Below are positions 1 to 10,015 of a stretch of DNA of 64,000 nucleotides, one piece after another (within the stretch, counting starts at the first letter, position 1; each line of letters starts with the position of its first letter). The translations under genes and the position numbers were made by a program. The notes below the pieces were generated by a model. The model saw only the letters and a program-made list of their open reading frames with translations. It was not told where the DNA came from and did not search any database. The stretch is from Klebsiella pneumoniae (GTDB lineage Bacteria; Pseudomonadota; Gammaproteobacteria; Eutrophobiales; Eutrophobiaceae): assembly GCA_945878555.1 (NCBI GenBank), contig CAMDWI010000003.1:148287-212286 (forward strand), read 5' to 3'.

Positions 1-501
1 TTTGGCTATGCACTGGTACCGCTTTACGATGTTTTCTGTGACATTACCGGTCTGAATGGCAAGACGGGTGAAATTACCGTGTCCGATGCAAATACACTTA
101 CCATAGACACCACCAGGCTGATCACAGTCGAGTTTGATACTAATGTCAGCAGTAAATTACCCTGGGAATTTCGTGCAGAAAAAAGAACGATGAAGGTTCA
201 TCCTGGCGAAGTTAACGAGGCGATTTTTTACGCGACCAATCTTTCTGACCACCAGATAACCGGCCAGGCTGTTCCAAGTGTCGCCCCGGCCAAGGCCTCA
301 TTATATTTTAACAAGACAGAGTGTTTCTGCTTTTCGCAGCAGGTACTGGCATCCGGTGAGAGCAAGCAGATGCCGGTAAGATTTGTCGTGGATCCGGCAT
401 TGCCGGAGTCTGTAGAGTTATTAACACTGTCCTACACATTTTTTGCTGCCCCTGAGCCTGTGGTACAGGCTCAGGCCGGTACAGACCTGCCTAATTCCTG
501 A
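1..501 (+). CDS. ctaG: Cytochrome c oxidase assembly protein Cox11/CtaG. It is 5'-partial, because the frame is open from base 1.
   Basis: The frame-1 translation from position 1 reads FGYALVPLYDVFCDITG, and the downstream CFCF motif is typical of the Cox11 copper chaperone. The ORF track only begins at the internal Met at 79. Confidence 0.85.
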   Translation, partial: FGYALVPLYDVFCDITGLNGKTGEITVSDANTLTIDTTRLITVEFDTNVSSKLPWEFRAEKRTMKVHPGEVNEAIFYATNLSDHQITGQAVPSVAPAKASLYFNKTECFCFSQQVLASGESKQMPVRFVVDPALPESVELLTLSYTFFAAPEPVVQAQAGTDLPNS

Positions 502-510
502 AAACCATTA

Positions 511-1398
511 ATGGATAATCACATGTCACATACTGAAAATTCCTATTATTTACCGGATCCGAGTCACTGGCCAATAACCGGTTCCATAGGCTTGTTTACT
601 ATATTCATTGGTGCTGCAATATGGTTGAATGGGTCCGGAGCAGGTCCACTTGTTTTAATGGGAGGTTTTGCGGTATTTGTGTACATGCTGTTTGGCTGGT
701 TCGGGACAGTGATACGTGAAAGCGAGGCAGGAAAGTATAATAACCAGGTTGACCAGAGCTTCCGGATGGGAATGATCTGGTTCATTTTTTCCGAGGTGAT
801 GTTTTTTGCCTGTTTTTTTGGTGCCTTGTTCTATGCAAGAATGTTATCAGTGCCGTGGCTGTCAGGAGAAGGATCTGGTTTTATGACCAATCAGATACTC
901 TGGCCAGAATTTGTGGCTGAATGGCCCAAAAGCGTGATGCCGTCTCCGGACGAGTTTCATATCTATAAGGATGTAATCCCGGCATGGGGCGTGCCGGCAA
1001 TAAACACAATTATTCTGCTCGCCAGTGGCGTGACAGTGACGCTCGCACATTGGGCATTAAAAGAAAACAAGCGACGCGCCTTGTCGGGCTGGTTGCTTGC
1101 TACTGTTATACTCGGATTCGTGTTTGTTGTAATGCAGGCTGATGAATATGCCCATGCCTACCACGAGCTGAATCTGACACTGGAATCAGGTATTTACGGT
1201 ACAACCTTTTTCATGCTTACCGGGTTTCACGGACTGCATGTCACTCTGGGTGCAATCATGTTGACAGTAATCTGGGCCCGGACCCTGAAAGGGCATTTCT
1301 CAGAAGAACGCCACTTTGCATTTGAAGCCGTTGCATGGTACTGGCATTTTGTTGACGTGGTATGGTTGTTACTGTTTGTTACCGTATACTGGGTCTAG
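511..1398 (+). CDS. coxC: Cytochrome c oxidase subunit III
   Basis: 295 aa polytopic membrane protein. It ends in the COX3 signature WYWHFVDVVWLLLFVTVYWV and follows cox11 after a 10-nt gap. Confidence 0.9.
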   Translation: MDNHMSHTENSYYLPDPSHWPITGSIGLFTIFIGAAIWLNGSGAGPLVLMGGFAVFVYMLFGWFGTVIRESEAGKYNNQVDQSFRMGMIWFIFSEVMFFACFFGALFYARMLSVPWLSGEGSGFMTNQILWPEFVAEWPKSVMPSPDEFHIYKDVIPAWGVPAINTIILLASGVTVTLAHWALKENKRRALSGWLLATVILGFVFVVMQADEYAHAYHELNLTLESGIYGTTFFMLTGFHGLHVTLGAIMLTVIWARTLKGHFSEERHFAFEAVAWYWHFVDVVWLLLFVTVYWV

Positions 1399-1446
1399 AT
1401 TAGCCTGGATCGCCCTCCGGTGAGCTTGCCGGAGGGCACCCAGTAG

Positions 1447-1809
1447 TTATCCCCCCCCGGGTGCATGTTCAACATGTTTTGCAGCAGGCGGCAGATCAAA
1501 AAATATACTGCGTATGGAATGGACATAATTCCCTTCAATCGCCATTAGTCCAATCAATACCAGCAACAATAACGGCGGCAACAAGATGGCGTATATCAGC
1601 GCCAGCCTTTCCCACATCATGTGCATGAAGATCGCAACGATAAAGCCTGCCTTGAGAAACATGAATAGCAGGATGAGAGACCATCGCAACATTCCCTGTA
1701 GATTGTAGTAATCAACCATATATGAAAACGAACTCAGTACGAACAACAGTCCCCAGATCCAGAGATAGATTGCTATCGGATGTTGTTGACCTTCAGCGTG
1801 TCCTGACAT
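1447..1809 (-). CDS. Small subunit IV-like membrane protein of a heme-copper oxidase
   Basis: 120 aa with 3 predicted TM helices, and it is the last gene of the minus-strand oxidase operon. Its C-terminal PGGG tail is encoded by a C8 tract. Confidence 0.55.
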   Translation of the reverse strand: MSGHAEGQQHPIAIYLWIWGLLFVLSSFSYMVDYYNLQGMLRWSLILLFMFLKAGFIVAIFMHMMWERLALIYAILLPPLLLLVLIGLMAIEGNYVHSIRSIFFDLPPAAKHVEHAPGGG

Positions 1810-1817
1810 GAAGCCTC

Positions 1818-2501
1818 CTACCAGAGATAGAAAAATGCAAAGATAAATACCCAGACCAGATCAACGAAATGCCAGTAAAGTCCGGTGATTTCGACAATTT
1901 CGTAGCCACGCCCTTCATAGTCGCCGCGCCAGACTTTGAACGCGACCGTCAGAAGATAGATAACACCAGCTGATACATGCAGTCCGTGAAACCCGGTGAT
2001 CATGAAAAAACTTGATCCAAACTGTGCAGCGCCCAATGGATTTCCCCATGGGCGTATGCCCTCATCCACAATCAGCTTGGTCCATTCAAAAGCCTGCATT
2101 CCGACAAAAGATGCGCCAAGCAATGCCGTAACTACCATTAGAAGTGCTGTATTTTTACGATCTCCACGGTATCCAAGATTTACCGCCATCGCCATAGTGC
2201 CACTACTGGTGATGAGGATGAAGGTCATGATGGCAATCAGAACCAGAGGTATATGATGACCGAATATGGTAAGTGCGAAAACCTCACTTGGAAACGGCCA
2301 GGGTACAGTGGTGGACATCCTGACTGACATGTAGGCTGTCAGGAAACAGGTAAAGATAAACGTGTCACTTAACAGAAAGATCCACATCATTGCCTTGCCC
2401 CAGGGCACGGTAAATGTCTGTTTATCCGCAGACCAGTCAGCGACAAAACCCGCGTGGCCTGTCTCGATAGCATTGCTTGCTGTTAGATTCGCCTCATGCA
2501 T
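1818..2501 (-). CDS. Heme-copper oxidase subunit III paralogue (coxP-like)
   Basis: 227 aa. The C-terminus HFVDLVWVFIFAFFYLW is the COX3 signature. It lies downstream of subunit I in the same operon. Confidence 0.85.
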   Translation of the reverse strand: MHEANLTASNAIETGHAGFVADWSADKQTFTVPWGKAMMWIFLLSDTFIFTCFLTAYMSVRMSTTVPWPFPSEVFALTIFGHHIPLVLIAIMTFILITSSGTMAMAVNLGYRGDRKNTALLMVVTALLGASFVGMQAFEWTKLIVDEGIRPWGNPLGAAQFGSSFFMITGFHGLHVSAGVIYLLTVAFKVWRGDYEGRGYEIVEITGLYWHFVDLVWVFIFAFFYLW

Positions 2502-2516
2502 AAGTGCAGTTCCCCT

Positions 2517-3191
2517 TTAGGTAGTCAGCAGTAACCCGAATAAAACCAGCCATATTAGTAACAGGTAATGCCAGTAAACGGTACATAGTTCGATGCTCAG
2601 TTTGATTGAAGGGGCAGTATTACCTTTAACTATTCTGATAAAAGCTCTGGCCCAGACATACATACCACCCAGTAGATGTAGTGCATGTACTCCTGTCAGC
2701 AGGTAGAAGAAACCGAGCGCAGGATTGGAAAGGTTCAGCGTGTCAGCCGGTTTCAGTTGTTGCCATGCCAGTAACTGACCGCCGAGAAACATAAGAGTGA
2801 GCACGCCGGCAATTGAAAATACAGGTAGCAGGTATCTTGCTTCGAATGTGTAAGCAGATGATTTGGCCTTTTGCATGGCTGCGCTGGCACAAATAAGAAA
2901 AGCAGTATTGAGCCAGAGTATCCCGGGTTTGCTGATTGTCTGCCAGTCACCACCGTGATGTGGGTCCATGCGCATCAAATAAGCGGTAAAAAAAAGAGTG
3001 AATAAACTGCTAATCACAGCCAGAAAAAAATAGAGCGCGACCTTCCTTGTGGGGTATTCAGAAACCGTGATATCTGCGACAAGTCCCGCCTCACCTGGGG
3101 CAAGCCAGGGTTGCGAGGTCAATTGTCTGACGATTAGATACCAGACGATTAGCGCAAAGACCAGCGCAGCAAGTAATGTCCACATACTCAT
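2517..3191 (-). CDS. Heme-copper oxidase subunit III-like protein (coxO-like)
   Basis: 224 aa polytopic membrane protein ending in a VYWHYLLLIWLVLFGLL COX3-like motif. The start overlaps the subunit I stop, and the gene order matches coxMNOP-type clusters. Confidence 0.75.
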   Translation of the reverse strand: MSMWTLLAALVFALIVWYLIVRQLTSQPWLAPGEAGLVADITVSEYPTRKVALYFFLAVISSLFTLFFTAYLMRMDPHHGGDWQTISKPGILWLNTAFLICASAAMQKAKSSAYTFEARYLLPVFSIAGVLTLMFLGGQLLAWQQLKPADTLNLSNPALGFFYLLTGVHALHLLGGMYVWARAFIRIVKGNTAPSIKLSIELCTVYWHYLLLIWLVLFGLLLTT

Positions 3192-3193
3192 GT

Positions 3194-4957
3194 TTAGTGC
3201 TTCCCTTCGCTGGCCTCTACCGAGTCACTGCCATGATGAGGTTCATTCTGTGGGATGTAATCATTGACCGCACCGGGGACACTGTAATCATATGCCCAGC
3301 GATAGACTTCGGGTAGCTTCGGCCCCCAGTTACCATGTTTCGGGGGCGTGTCTGGCGTCTGCCACTCCAGCGTTGTTGCCTCCCAGGGGTTGCCGCCAGA
3401 CGGTTTGCCGCGGGTCAGGGTCCAGTAAAGATTATAGATAAAAATAAGCTGAACGACGCCGACAATCAGCGCGGCGATTGTAATACCTACATTCATTGTT
3501 TGTGCCGAGGCCGGGATAAAATCTGCCAGTCCATTGGCGTAGTAACGCCGTGGAATACCAAGTATACCGAGATAGTGCATGGGAAGATAAATGGCATAGG
3601 TGCCGAGGAATGTAAGCCAGAAATGGATTTTGCCGAGAGTTTCGTTAAACATTTTACCGGTCATTTTCGGGAGCCAGTGATAAATCGCACCAAACAAGAC
3701 CATAATGGGCGATACGCCCATAACCATGTGGAAGTGACCTATAACAAAATAGGTGTCTGAAAGCGGAAGGTCGACAGTGACGTTGCCAAGGAACAGGCCT
3801 GTAAGACCGCCATGGATAAATGTAAAGATAAATCCGATAGCAAACAGCATTGGTACATTCAGCCGAATATTACCTTGCCACAACGTAAGTACCCAGTTAT
3901 ATACCTTGATGGCTGTCGGAATGGCAATAATCAGTGTAGTAGTGGCAAAGAAAAACCCGAAGTAAGGATTCATGCCGCTGACGTACATATGATGCGCCCA
4001 TACTACAAAACTGAGAGCGCCTATGCCTACTATTGCCCACACCATCATACGATAGCCAAAGATATTCTTCCTGGCGTGTACGCTGAGCAAATCGGACACA
4101 ATGCCAAAGGCAGGCAATGCTACGATATATACCTCGGGGTGCCCGAAAAACCAGAACAGGTGCTGGAAAAGTATCGGACTGCCACCCTGATGATCAAGTG
4201 CCTGGCCCATCGATAATACAGCAGGCATAAAGAAGCTGGTGCCAAGCGTCTTGTCAAAGATCATCATGATTGCGCTGACCAGAAGTGCAGGAAATGCGAG
4301 TAAACCAAGCACGGTTGCTGTAAATATTCCCCAGACAGACAATGGCATGCGCATCAGTGTCATGCCCCGGCAACGCGCCTGTAGTATGGTGGTTACATAA
4401 TTGAGTCCACCCATCGTAAAGGCAACAATAAAAACCGCGAGCGAGATCAGCATCATCAGGATACCGAGGTCATAACCGGGCGTGCCTGGCAGGATAGTCT
4501 GGGGTGGATACAGCGTCCAGCCTGCACCAGTAGGTCCGCCCGGTACAAAAAAGCTTGCCAGCAATATGATTACCGATAACAGGTATACCCAGAAACTGAG
4601 CATGTTCATGTACGGAAACACCATATCACGTGCACCACACATCAGTGGAATAAGATAGTTGCCGAAGCCACCAAGGAAGAGCGCCGTCAGCAGGTAGATA
4701 ACCATGATCATGCCGTGCATGGTTATAAACTGATAATATTCATTCGGTGTTATAAATGAAAATGTATGTGGAAACGCAAGCTGCAACCGCATCATGCCTG
4801 AAAGCACAAGTGCAACCAGGCCGACAAGTATCGCTGTCATGCCATACTGGATTGCGATGACCTTATGATCCTGGCTCCAGATGTATTTGGTGACAAATGT
4901 CTGTGGATCATGAAGATCATGTTCATGGTCACGGTCTGCAATAGCAACAAATGCCAT
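3194..4957 (-). CDS. coxA: Heme-copper oxidase subunit I
   Basis: 587 aa with 12 or more TM helices. It carries the conserved His ligand motifs GHPEVY, HHMY and VIGHFHMV. Confidence 0.95.
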   Translation of the reverse strand: MAFVAIADRDHEHDLHDPQTFVTKYIWSQDHKVIAIQYGMTAILVGLVALVLSGMMRLQLAFPHTFSFITPNEYYQFITMHGMIMVIYLLTALFLGGFGNYLIPLMCGARDMVFPYMNMLSFWVYLLSVIILLASFFVPGGPTGAGWTLYPPQTILPGTPGYDLGILMMLISLAVFIVAFTMGGLNYVTTILQARCRGMTLMRMPLSVWGIFTATVLGLLAFPALLVSAIMMIFDKTLGTSFFMPAVLSMGQALDHQGGSPILFQHLFWFFGHPEVYIVALPAFGIVSDLLSVHARKNIFGYRMMVWAIVGIGALSFVVWAHHMYVSGMNPYFGFFFATTTLIIAIPTAIKVYNWVLTLWQGNIRLNVPMLFAIGFIFTFIHGGLTGLFLGNVTVDLPLSDTYFVIGHFHMVMGVSPIMVLFGAIYHWLPKMTGKMFNETLGKIHFWLTFLGTYAIYLPMHYLGILGIPRRYYANGLADFIPASAQTMNVGITIAALIVGVVQLIFIYNLYWTLTRGKPSGGNPWEATTLEWQTPDTPPKHGNWGPKLPEVYRWAYDYSVPGAVNDYIPQNEPHHGSDSVEASEGKH

Positions 4958-4984
4958 TTGGGCCCCCCCGGAGTTTTGTATCAG

Positions 4985-6340
4985 TTATTGTATAGAGTTG
5001 ATGTAGGCGACAACGTCATTGACGGACTGCTCGTCCTTTAGCATGGCTGACAACATCGCCATCTGTTTACCCATTGCGTCTGAATTATGAGTGCCCCGTA
5101 TACCATTACGAAAGTTCTGCAACTGACGCACAAGATACCAGTCATCTAGACCGGTAAGACGTGGTGCATTGACAGACCATGTGCCCTGGGCATCTGTGCC
5201 ATGACAGGAACCGCAGGTTGTATAGAGCCTGCGACCGTTATCAACATTACCCAGTACACTATTTTCCCGTGGCGCTACCGGTAGAGAACTGATATGAGCA
5301 GCCATATTGCGTATAGCGGCATCGTTGGTCAAGGTGGCCGCCATGGGCGCCATTTGTTTACCGTATATATCGTCCTGGTGTGCCCCGCGTTGTCCGCTCT
5401 TGAAATTGCGTATCTGCCTCGCGATATACCAGGAATCCAGGCCGGCAATAGCCGGGGCATTCATCGCCAGGTTCCCTTCACCATTTGCGCCATGACAGCC
5501 GGCACACATGGTATACATGGCCTTGCCCTGTTCCGGACGACCGGTGCCGTCCGAGTTCAGTGATGCAAAAGTGGATTGTTCTGCAATCCAGCTGCGATAG
5601 TCCGCAGCCTCTTTTACAATGACCCTGCTACGCATCGCATAATGTGCAACGCCACAGAGTTCCTCGCACAGGATTTCATATTCACCTGTCAGGGTCGGAG
5701 TTAACCACATGTAGGTGACCATACCGGGAACCAGATCCATTTTTACGCGGAACTGTGGAACGGTGAAGTTATGCAGTACGTCTGTTGACCTTAACAGCAG
5801 TTTAACCGGCTCATTAACCGCAAGTACCATTTCCGTGTCCGAGACCAGGACATCATCCTGGCCAGCCGGATCCTGTGGATTTATTCCAAAAGGGTTGGTA
5901 ACCGAGATATGTTTGATATCCGTATCACCAAATTTTCCATCATTGCCCGGGTAACGAAATGACCATCCCCATTGACGTCCCAGTGCCTCTACTTCAGCCG
6001 CGCCTTCAGGTACATCAACAAATTTGGCCCAGACAAACAGGCCTGGAGCGAGCATGGCAGCCACACCAACGGCTGTAATACCGATTAGTAAAACCTCGAG
6101 CTTCTTGTTTTCCGGTTCGTAATGGGCACGACTTTCCGGTTTGTGGCGAAAACGGATGACACAATAGGCAAGAAAAAAATTGATGAGCACGAATACCACG
6201 CCCGTTACCCAGAACGTAATATTGATAGTCGTATCAATGGTGCCCCAGTTTGAAGCGATCGGTGTAAACCACCACGGACTGAGAAAATGAAACAACAACG
6301 ATCCTATAACCAGCAGGATAATTACAACAGCCAACGCCAT
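4985..6340 (-). CDS. coxB: Cytochrome c oxidase subunit II fused to a C-terminal diheme cytochrome c domain
   Basis: 451 aa with an N-terminal 2-TM region. The CuA motif is HNFTVPQ...CEELCGVAHYAM, and two CxxCH heme sites (CAGCHGANG and CGSCHGTDA) follow. Confidence 0.9.
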   Translation of the reverse strand: MALAVVIILLVIGSLLFHFLSPWWFTPIASNWGTIDTTINITFWVTGVVFVLINFFLAYCVIRFRHKPESRAHYEPENKKLEVLLIGITAVGVAAMLAPGLFVWAKFVDVPEGAAEVEALGRQWGWSFRYPGNDGKFGDTDIKHISVTNPFGINPQDPAGQDDVLVSDTEMVLAVNEPVKLLLRSTDVLHNFTVPQFRVKMDLVPGMVTYMWLTPTLTGEYEILCEELCGVAHYAMRSRVIVKEAADYRSWIAEQSTFASLNSDGTGRPEQGKAMYTMCAGCHGANGEGNLAMNAPAIAGLDSWYIARQIRNFKSGQRGAHQDDIYGKQMAPMAATLTNDAAIRNMAAHISSLPVAPRENSVLGNVDNGRRLYTTCGSCHGTDAQGTWSVNAPRLTGLDDWYLVRQLQNFRNGIRGTHNSDAMGKQMAMLSAMLKDEQSVNDVVAYINSIQ

Positions 6341-6553
6341 ACTCTGGACCCCCCCATTCGTATCAAACGCTGAATGTAATACCGTGGTACAAGCTTACAG
6401 ATCCGGTAGGACACTCCTAACAATCATGACAAGAAGTTAACCTTTGCGGCTTTTCAAGTCAATCTTTTCTGTAAAACCCGGCGGCCAGGATCTGGGAATG
6501 GGGCAACGAAAAAGATGTGCGGGAAGTCAGGAAATGATGACGATTATTCGTGT

Positions 6554-6841
6554 CTATAATTCTCGAATGACAGACTGGTTTTTGTTCTGGTCGGTAATGT
6601 CCGGTGGTGTCTCATCATTGTAAGGCAAGACCCCGTGTGGCTGGATCAGCCCCGTCATATAACCGATAAACAGCAGAATAAAAAGACTGACTGACAGGGC
6701 AACCCGTACAGTGAGCGAGTACATGGTGCGTCTGGACTTGCCCTGGTCTTTGGCAAGAAAAAACAACCCACCGGTCAGTGAGATGAAGATGGCTATCAAG
6801 AAGGCAAAAATAAGCAGTTTGAACAACAGGCTGGCAGTCAT
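6554..6841 (-). CDS. Twin transmembrane helix small protein (DUF2909-like)
   Basis: 95 aa with two hydrophobic helices and a conserved position next to surf1 in cox biogenesis clusters. Confidence 0.55.
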   Translation of the reverse strand: MTASLLFKLLIFAFLIAIFISLTGGLFFLAKDQGKSRRTMYSLTVRVALSVSLFILLFIGYMTGLIQPHGVLPYNDETPPDITDQNKNQSVIREL

Positions 6842-6918
6842 GATATTGCTTTAAATTCCTATGGATTTTACCCTGTACGCACCCATTTTCATCGGGCAGT
6901 GCTGTATAATACACCACT

Positions 6919-7665
6919 ATGCATACAGTAAAGTGGACATTTAATCCCGGGTTAATTCCGACGCTGGCAACCCTGCTTATGTTCCCGTTATTACTTACTC
7001 TCGGATTTTGGCAACTGGATCGCGCGGATCAGAAACAGGCCTTGTTTGATGATTATATAAAAACATCCTCGCTGATGCCTACAGATATTAAAGAGGTCAT
7101 GAACAAGGTGCCTCTGGGCGAGAATATAGTATGGCGTCACGGGGTGCTTGCAGGATCTTATGTCGGCACAAGGATATTACTGCTTGATAATCAGGTGTTG
7201 TCCGGAGCTGCCGGTTATCATGTCTATCAGCCATTTCAGGCGTCTGGTACAGACCAGTGGATCCTGATTAATCGTGGCTGGGTTGGCGCAGGTAGCTACC
7301 GTGATACAGTGCCGGAGTTTGCCGGCACCGAAGGCTCGTTTAATCTCACAGGCGTTATCACCGAATTTCCATCGGCACCTGGTATTGTGCTTGAGGGTCA
7401 GGACAACGGCAGGGAAGAGATGACAGCACGTGTCTTACGGTTACAGGTGATCTCCCGGCAAACGGCTGAAGAGATACTCGGACATACAATATTTCCGTAT
7501 GTATTCAGGCTGGGTGTGGACTCACCCTCCGGCCTTGTACGTGAGTGGCCACAGCCAGGCTCGGGCATGGAGAGGCATCTGGGTTATGCCTTTCAGTGGT
7601 TCAGTCTTGCTGTTGTTTTGCTGGTTATCTATATTTCACTTAATTTGCGACGCAGGAAATCCTGA
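6919..7665 (+). CDS. surf1: SURF1-family cytochrome oxidase assembly protein
   Basis: 248 aa with N- and C-terminal TM helices. It has a SURF1-like N-terminal FWQLDRA motif and sits between DUF2909 and cyoE. Confidence 0.8.
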   Translation: MHTVKWTFNPGLIPTLATLLMFPLLLTLGFWQLDRADQKQALFDDYIKTSSLMPTDIKEVMNKVPLGENIVWRHGVLAGSYVGTRILLLDNQVLSGAAGYHVYQPFQASGTDQWILINRGWVGAGSYRDTVPEFAGTEGSFNLTGVITEFPSAPGIVLEGQDNGREEMTARVLRLQVISRQTAEEILGHTIFPYVFRLGVDSPSGLVREWPQPGSGMERHLGYAFQWFSLAVVLLVIYISLNLRRRKS

Positions 7666-8259
7666 ATGCTGACCGATAAAATCTCCGGAAAGATCAGACA
7701 ACGGCTGCTGCTCTCGGCAATCGTACTGATTTTTGCATTACCGTTTGGCGCATCCTGGTTAATTTATAATTATACCGATTTCGGCAAGGGAGATGTTACC
7801 GGCAGTTATGGTGAACTGATCATGCCACCGGTGCCTCTTGCAGATATTATGCTGTCATCGCAGGGTGATGAATCACGACATCTGCATGGCAAATGGAGTC
7901 TCGTCTATATCACAGGGTCTGATTGTGACAAGACATGCCGAAGCAAACTTGATGGCATGATGGGACTGAGAACGAATCTGGGCAAGGATACTGACAGGCT
8001 GCAATTGTTACTTGGCACGGCATCAGGGATGGCGGAAGACGGCTTGAAAGATTTTTTACAGGGCTACAGCGGCACCAGAATCCTGTTGTTTCCCTGGACG
8101 AAGCTGTCCGCCGACTTTCAGCGTTATGCCCTGAAGACTGGCAGTCTGTATCTGGTCGATCCACTGGGAAATTTAATGATGCATTATTCATCTGCCAGTG
8201 ATCCGGAAGGTATAATACGGGACCTGAAACGATTGTTGCGTTACTCCAGAATCGGATAA
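7666..8259 (+). CDS. SCO1/SenC-like thioredoxin-fold membrane protein with a divergent CxxxC motif
   Basis: An N-terminal TM helix is followed by HGKWSLVYITGSDCDKTC, which parallels the SCO motif GKWxLxYFGFTHCPDICP. It is translationally coupled to surf1. Confidence 0.5.
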   Translation: MLTDKISGKIRQRLLLSAIVLIFALPFGASWLIYNYTDFGKGDVTGSYGELIMPPVPLADIMLSSQGDESRHLHGKWSLVYITGSDCDKTCRSKLDGMMGLRTNLGKDTDRLQLLLGTASGMAEDGLKDFLQGYSGTRILLFPWTKLSADFQRYALKTGSLYLVDPLGNLMMHYSSASDPEGIIRDLKRLLRYSRIG

Positions 8260-8359
8260 ATATACTGTTATAGTACTGGCCTTGCTTACTGACATATCCC
8301 ATTATGCTGCTTGCAGGCATGGCTACCTTACATTGCACAACTAACCGGTAAAAACAAGA

Positions 8360-9277
8360 ATGAACGCGAATACAATGGATTCAGAAGGCCTGGTCAGATG
8401 GCGTGATTATCTGGCGCTGTGTAAACCGAAGATAGTCGCCTTGATTGTTTTCACCTCTGTAGTCGGTATGTTTCTGGCTGTGCCGGGCATGGTTCCTCTC
8501 GACGCGTTGATTTTTGGTACGGCAGGAATCGGGCTGGCGGCATCGTCGGCTGCAGCAATTAACCAGCTTGTTGACCAGCGTGTTGATTCGATAATGATGC
8601 GCACTCAGCAACGACCTCTGCCCCGAGGCAACCTGTCGATGGAGTCAGCGGTCATGTTTGCACTGGCGCTGTGCGCCTTGTCCATGTTAATACTCGTGTT
8701 CCTTGTGAACACCTTGACCGCAGTATTAACTCTGGTATCACTGGTTGGATATGGTTTTATCTATTCGATGTATCTGAAACGCGCCACACCGCAAAATATT
8801 GTAATCGGCGGAGCCTCCGGGGCAGCACCGCCCGTTCTCGGATGGACGGCGGTTACCGGCACGCTGGAGCCGAACGCGTTATTATTATTTCTGATCATCT
8901 TTGCCTGGACACCGCCGCACTTCTGGGCGCTGGCCATCTATCGTTGTGAGGAATATGCAAAGGCTGCCATACCAATGTTACCTGTAACTCATGGCGTGGA
9001 GTTTACGCGCCTGCATATCTTGCTTTATACCGTGTTATTGTTTCTTGTAAGTTTATTACCGTTCGTGTTTTACATGAGTGGGGTAATGTACCTTTTTGGC
9101 GCCGTTGTTCTTGGAGGAATATTTCTTTATTTCGCAATCCGTATGCAATTTGATCACAGCAATATACTTGCCATGCGGACATTTTCGTACTCAATCGTTT
9201 ATCTGATGGCCCTGTTCGGATTTTTGCTTGCCGATCATTACCTGCCGACCGCTGTCAGGCATTTTGCTGCCTATTGA
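8360..9277 (+). CDS. cyoE: Protoheme IX farnesyltransferase (heme O synthase)
   Basis: 305 aa UbiA-family polytopic protein carrying the typical CyoE/CtaB motif. Confidence 0.9.
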   Translation: MNANTMDSEGLVRWRDYLALCKPKIVALIVFTSVVGMFLAVPGMVPLDALIFGTAGIGLAASSAAAINQLVDQRVDSIMMRTQQRPLPRGNLSMESAVMFALALCALSMLILVFLVNTLTAVLTLVSLVGYGFIYSMYLKRATPQNIVIGGASGAAPPVLGWTAVTGTLEPNALLLFLIIFAWTPPHFWALAIYRCEEYAKAAIPMLPVTHGVEFTRLHILLYTVLLFLVSLLPFVFYMSGVMYLFGAVVLGGIFLYFAIRMQFDHSNILAMRTFSYSIVYLMALFGFLLADHYLPTAVRHFAAY

Positions 9278-9328
9278 GATTCTGTGCTGCTTGCGCTGAC
9301 AGCGATACGTACAGGTAAGTGAAATTAA

Positions 9329-9847
9329 TTACTGCATCGCGGGCAGGCCTGCTTCAGAAATCGGATCATCTGCCTGCGGGTAAATGCCCTTGATTATCTT
9401 GCGCACCTCTTCTACACGATTGCTCGGCAGATCAACTAACAGCAGGATATAACCATCCTCTAACAACGGGCTGTATAAACGGAGCCGCTGGTTTGGAGTG
9501 CTGGCACCAATCAGTGGTCCTGAAATCCACGCGCCGATAACCGCACCAGTAATCGCACATACAAAAATTACATAAGGTGGAACCTGCATGCCAACGGTGG
9601 CAGGGTTGAAGAAGATATAAAGACCGGCAAGCAGCCCGGTAATTATTCCGGCGAAAAAGCCGATATAGGTTCCGCGAAACAAATCGGTTTTATGGATAGC
9701 AGATGCCTCGGGCAGATCTTTCATGTCTATGCCACGCTTGCCAAGGAAATGCAGACGCTTTTCTTCGACACGAGCAAGCAGCAGTTCCTGTACTACCTTG
9801 CGGGACGTTTCAACATCTGGCAGGACAAAATATAGTCTTCTACTCAT
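9329..9847 (-). CDS. Hypothetical membrane protein, possibly DUF1269-like
   Basis: 172 aa with two glycine-zipper-like TM helices in the middle. No confident family assignment. Confidence 0.45.
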   Translation of the reverse strand: MSRRLYFVLPDVETSRKVVQELLLARVEEKRLHFLGKRGIDMKDLPEASAIHKTDLFRGTYIGFFAGIITGLLAGLYIFFNPATVGMQVPPYVIFVCAITGAVIGAWISGPLIGASTPNQRLRLYSPLLEDGYILLLVDLPSNRVEEVRKIIKGIYPQADDPISEAGLPAMQ

Positions 9848-10015
9848 CAGGCACCCCCTTCAAGTGTGATGGTCTGTGAGGACCGGATAAATGTCAGCCA
9901 CCTTAACAACCCGGTGGACTCGTATGAGTCTAGAACCTCTTTTTACCGTTGTCGATTTTTTTTATCGGTGATGAATGCCAAATTCTTGCCAGACAGGCTA
10001 TAGTTTTCTGATGGG

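Noticed and set aside
1441-1460. C8 tract first read as another G-tract ribosome-binding site
   Set aside because: It lies inside the subunit IV coding sequence and encodes the C-terminal PGGG, so it is not an upstream element. It is still a potential slippage site.
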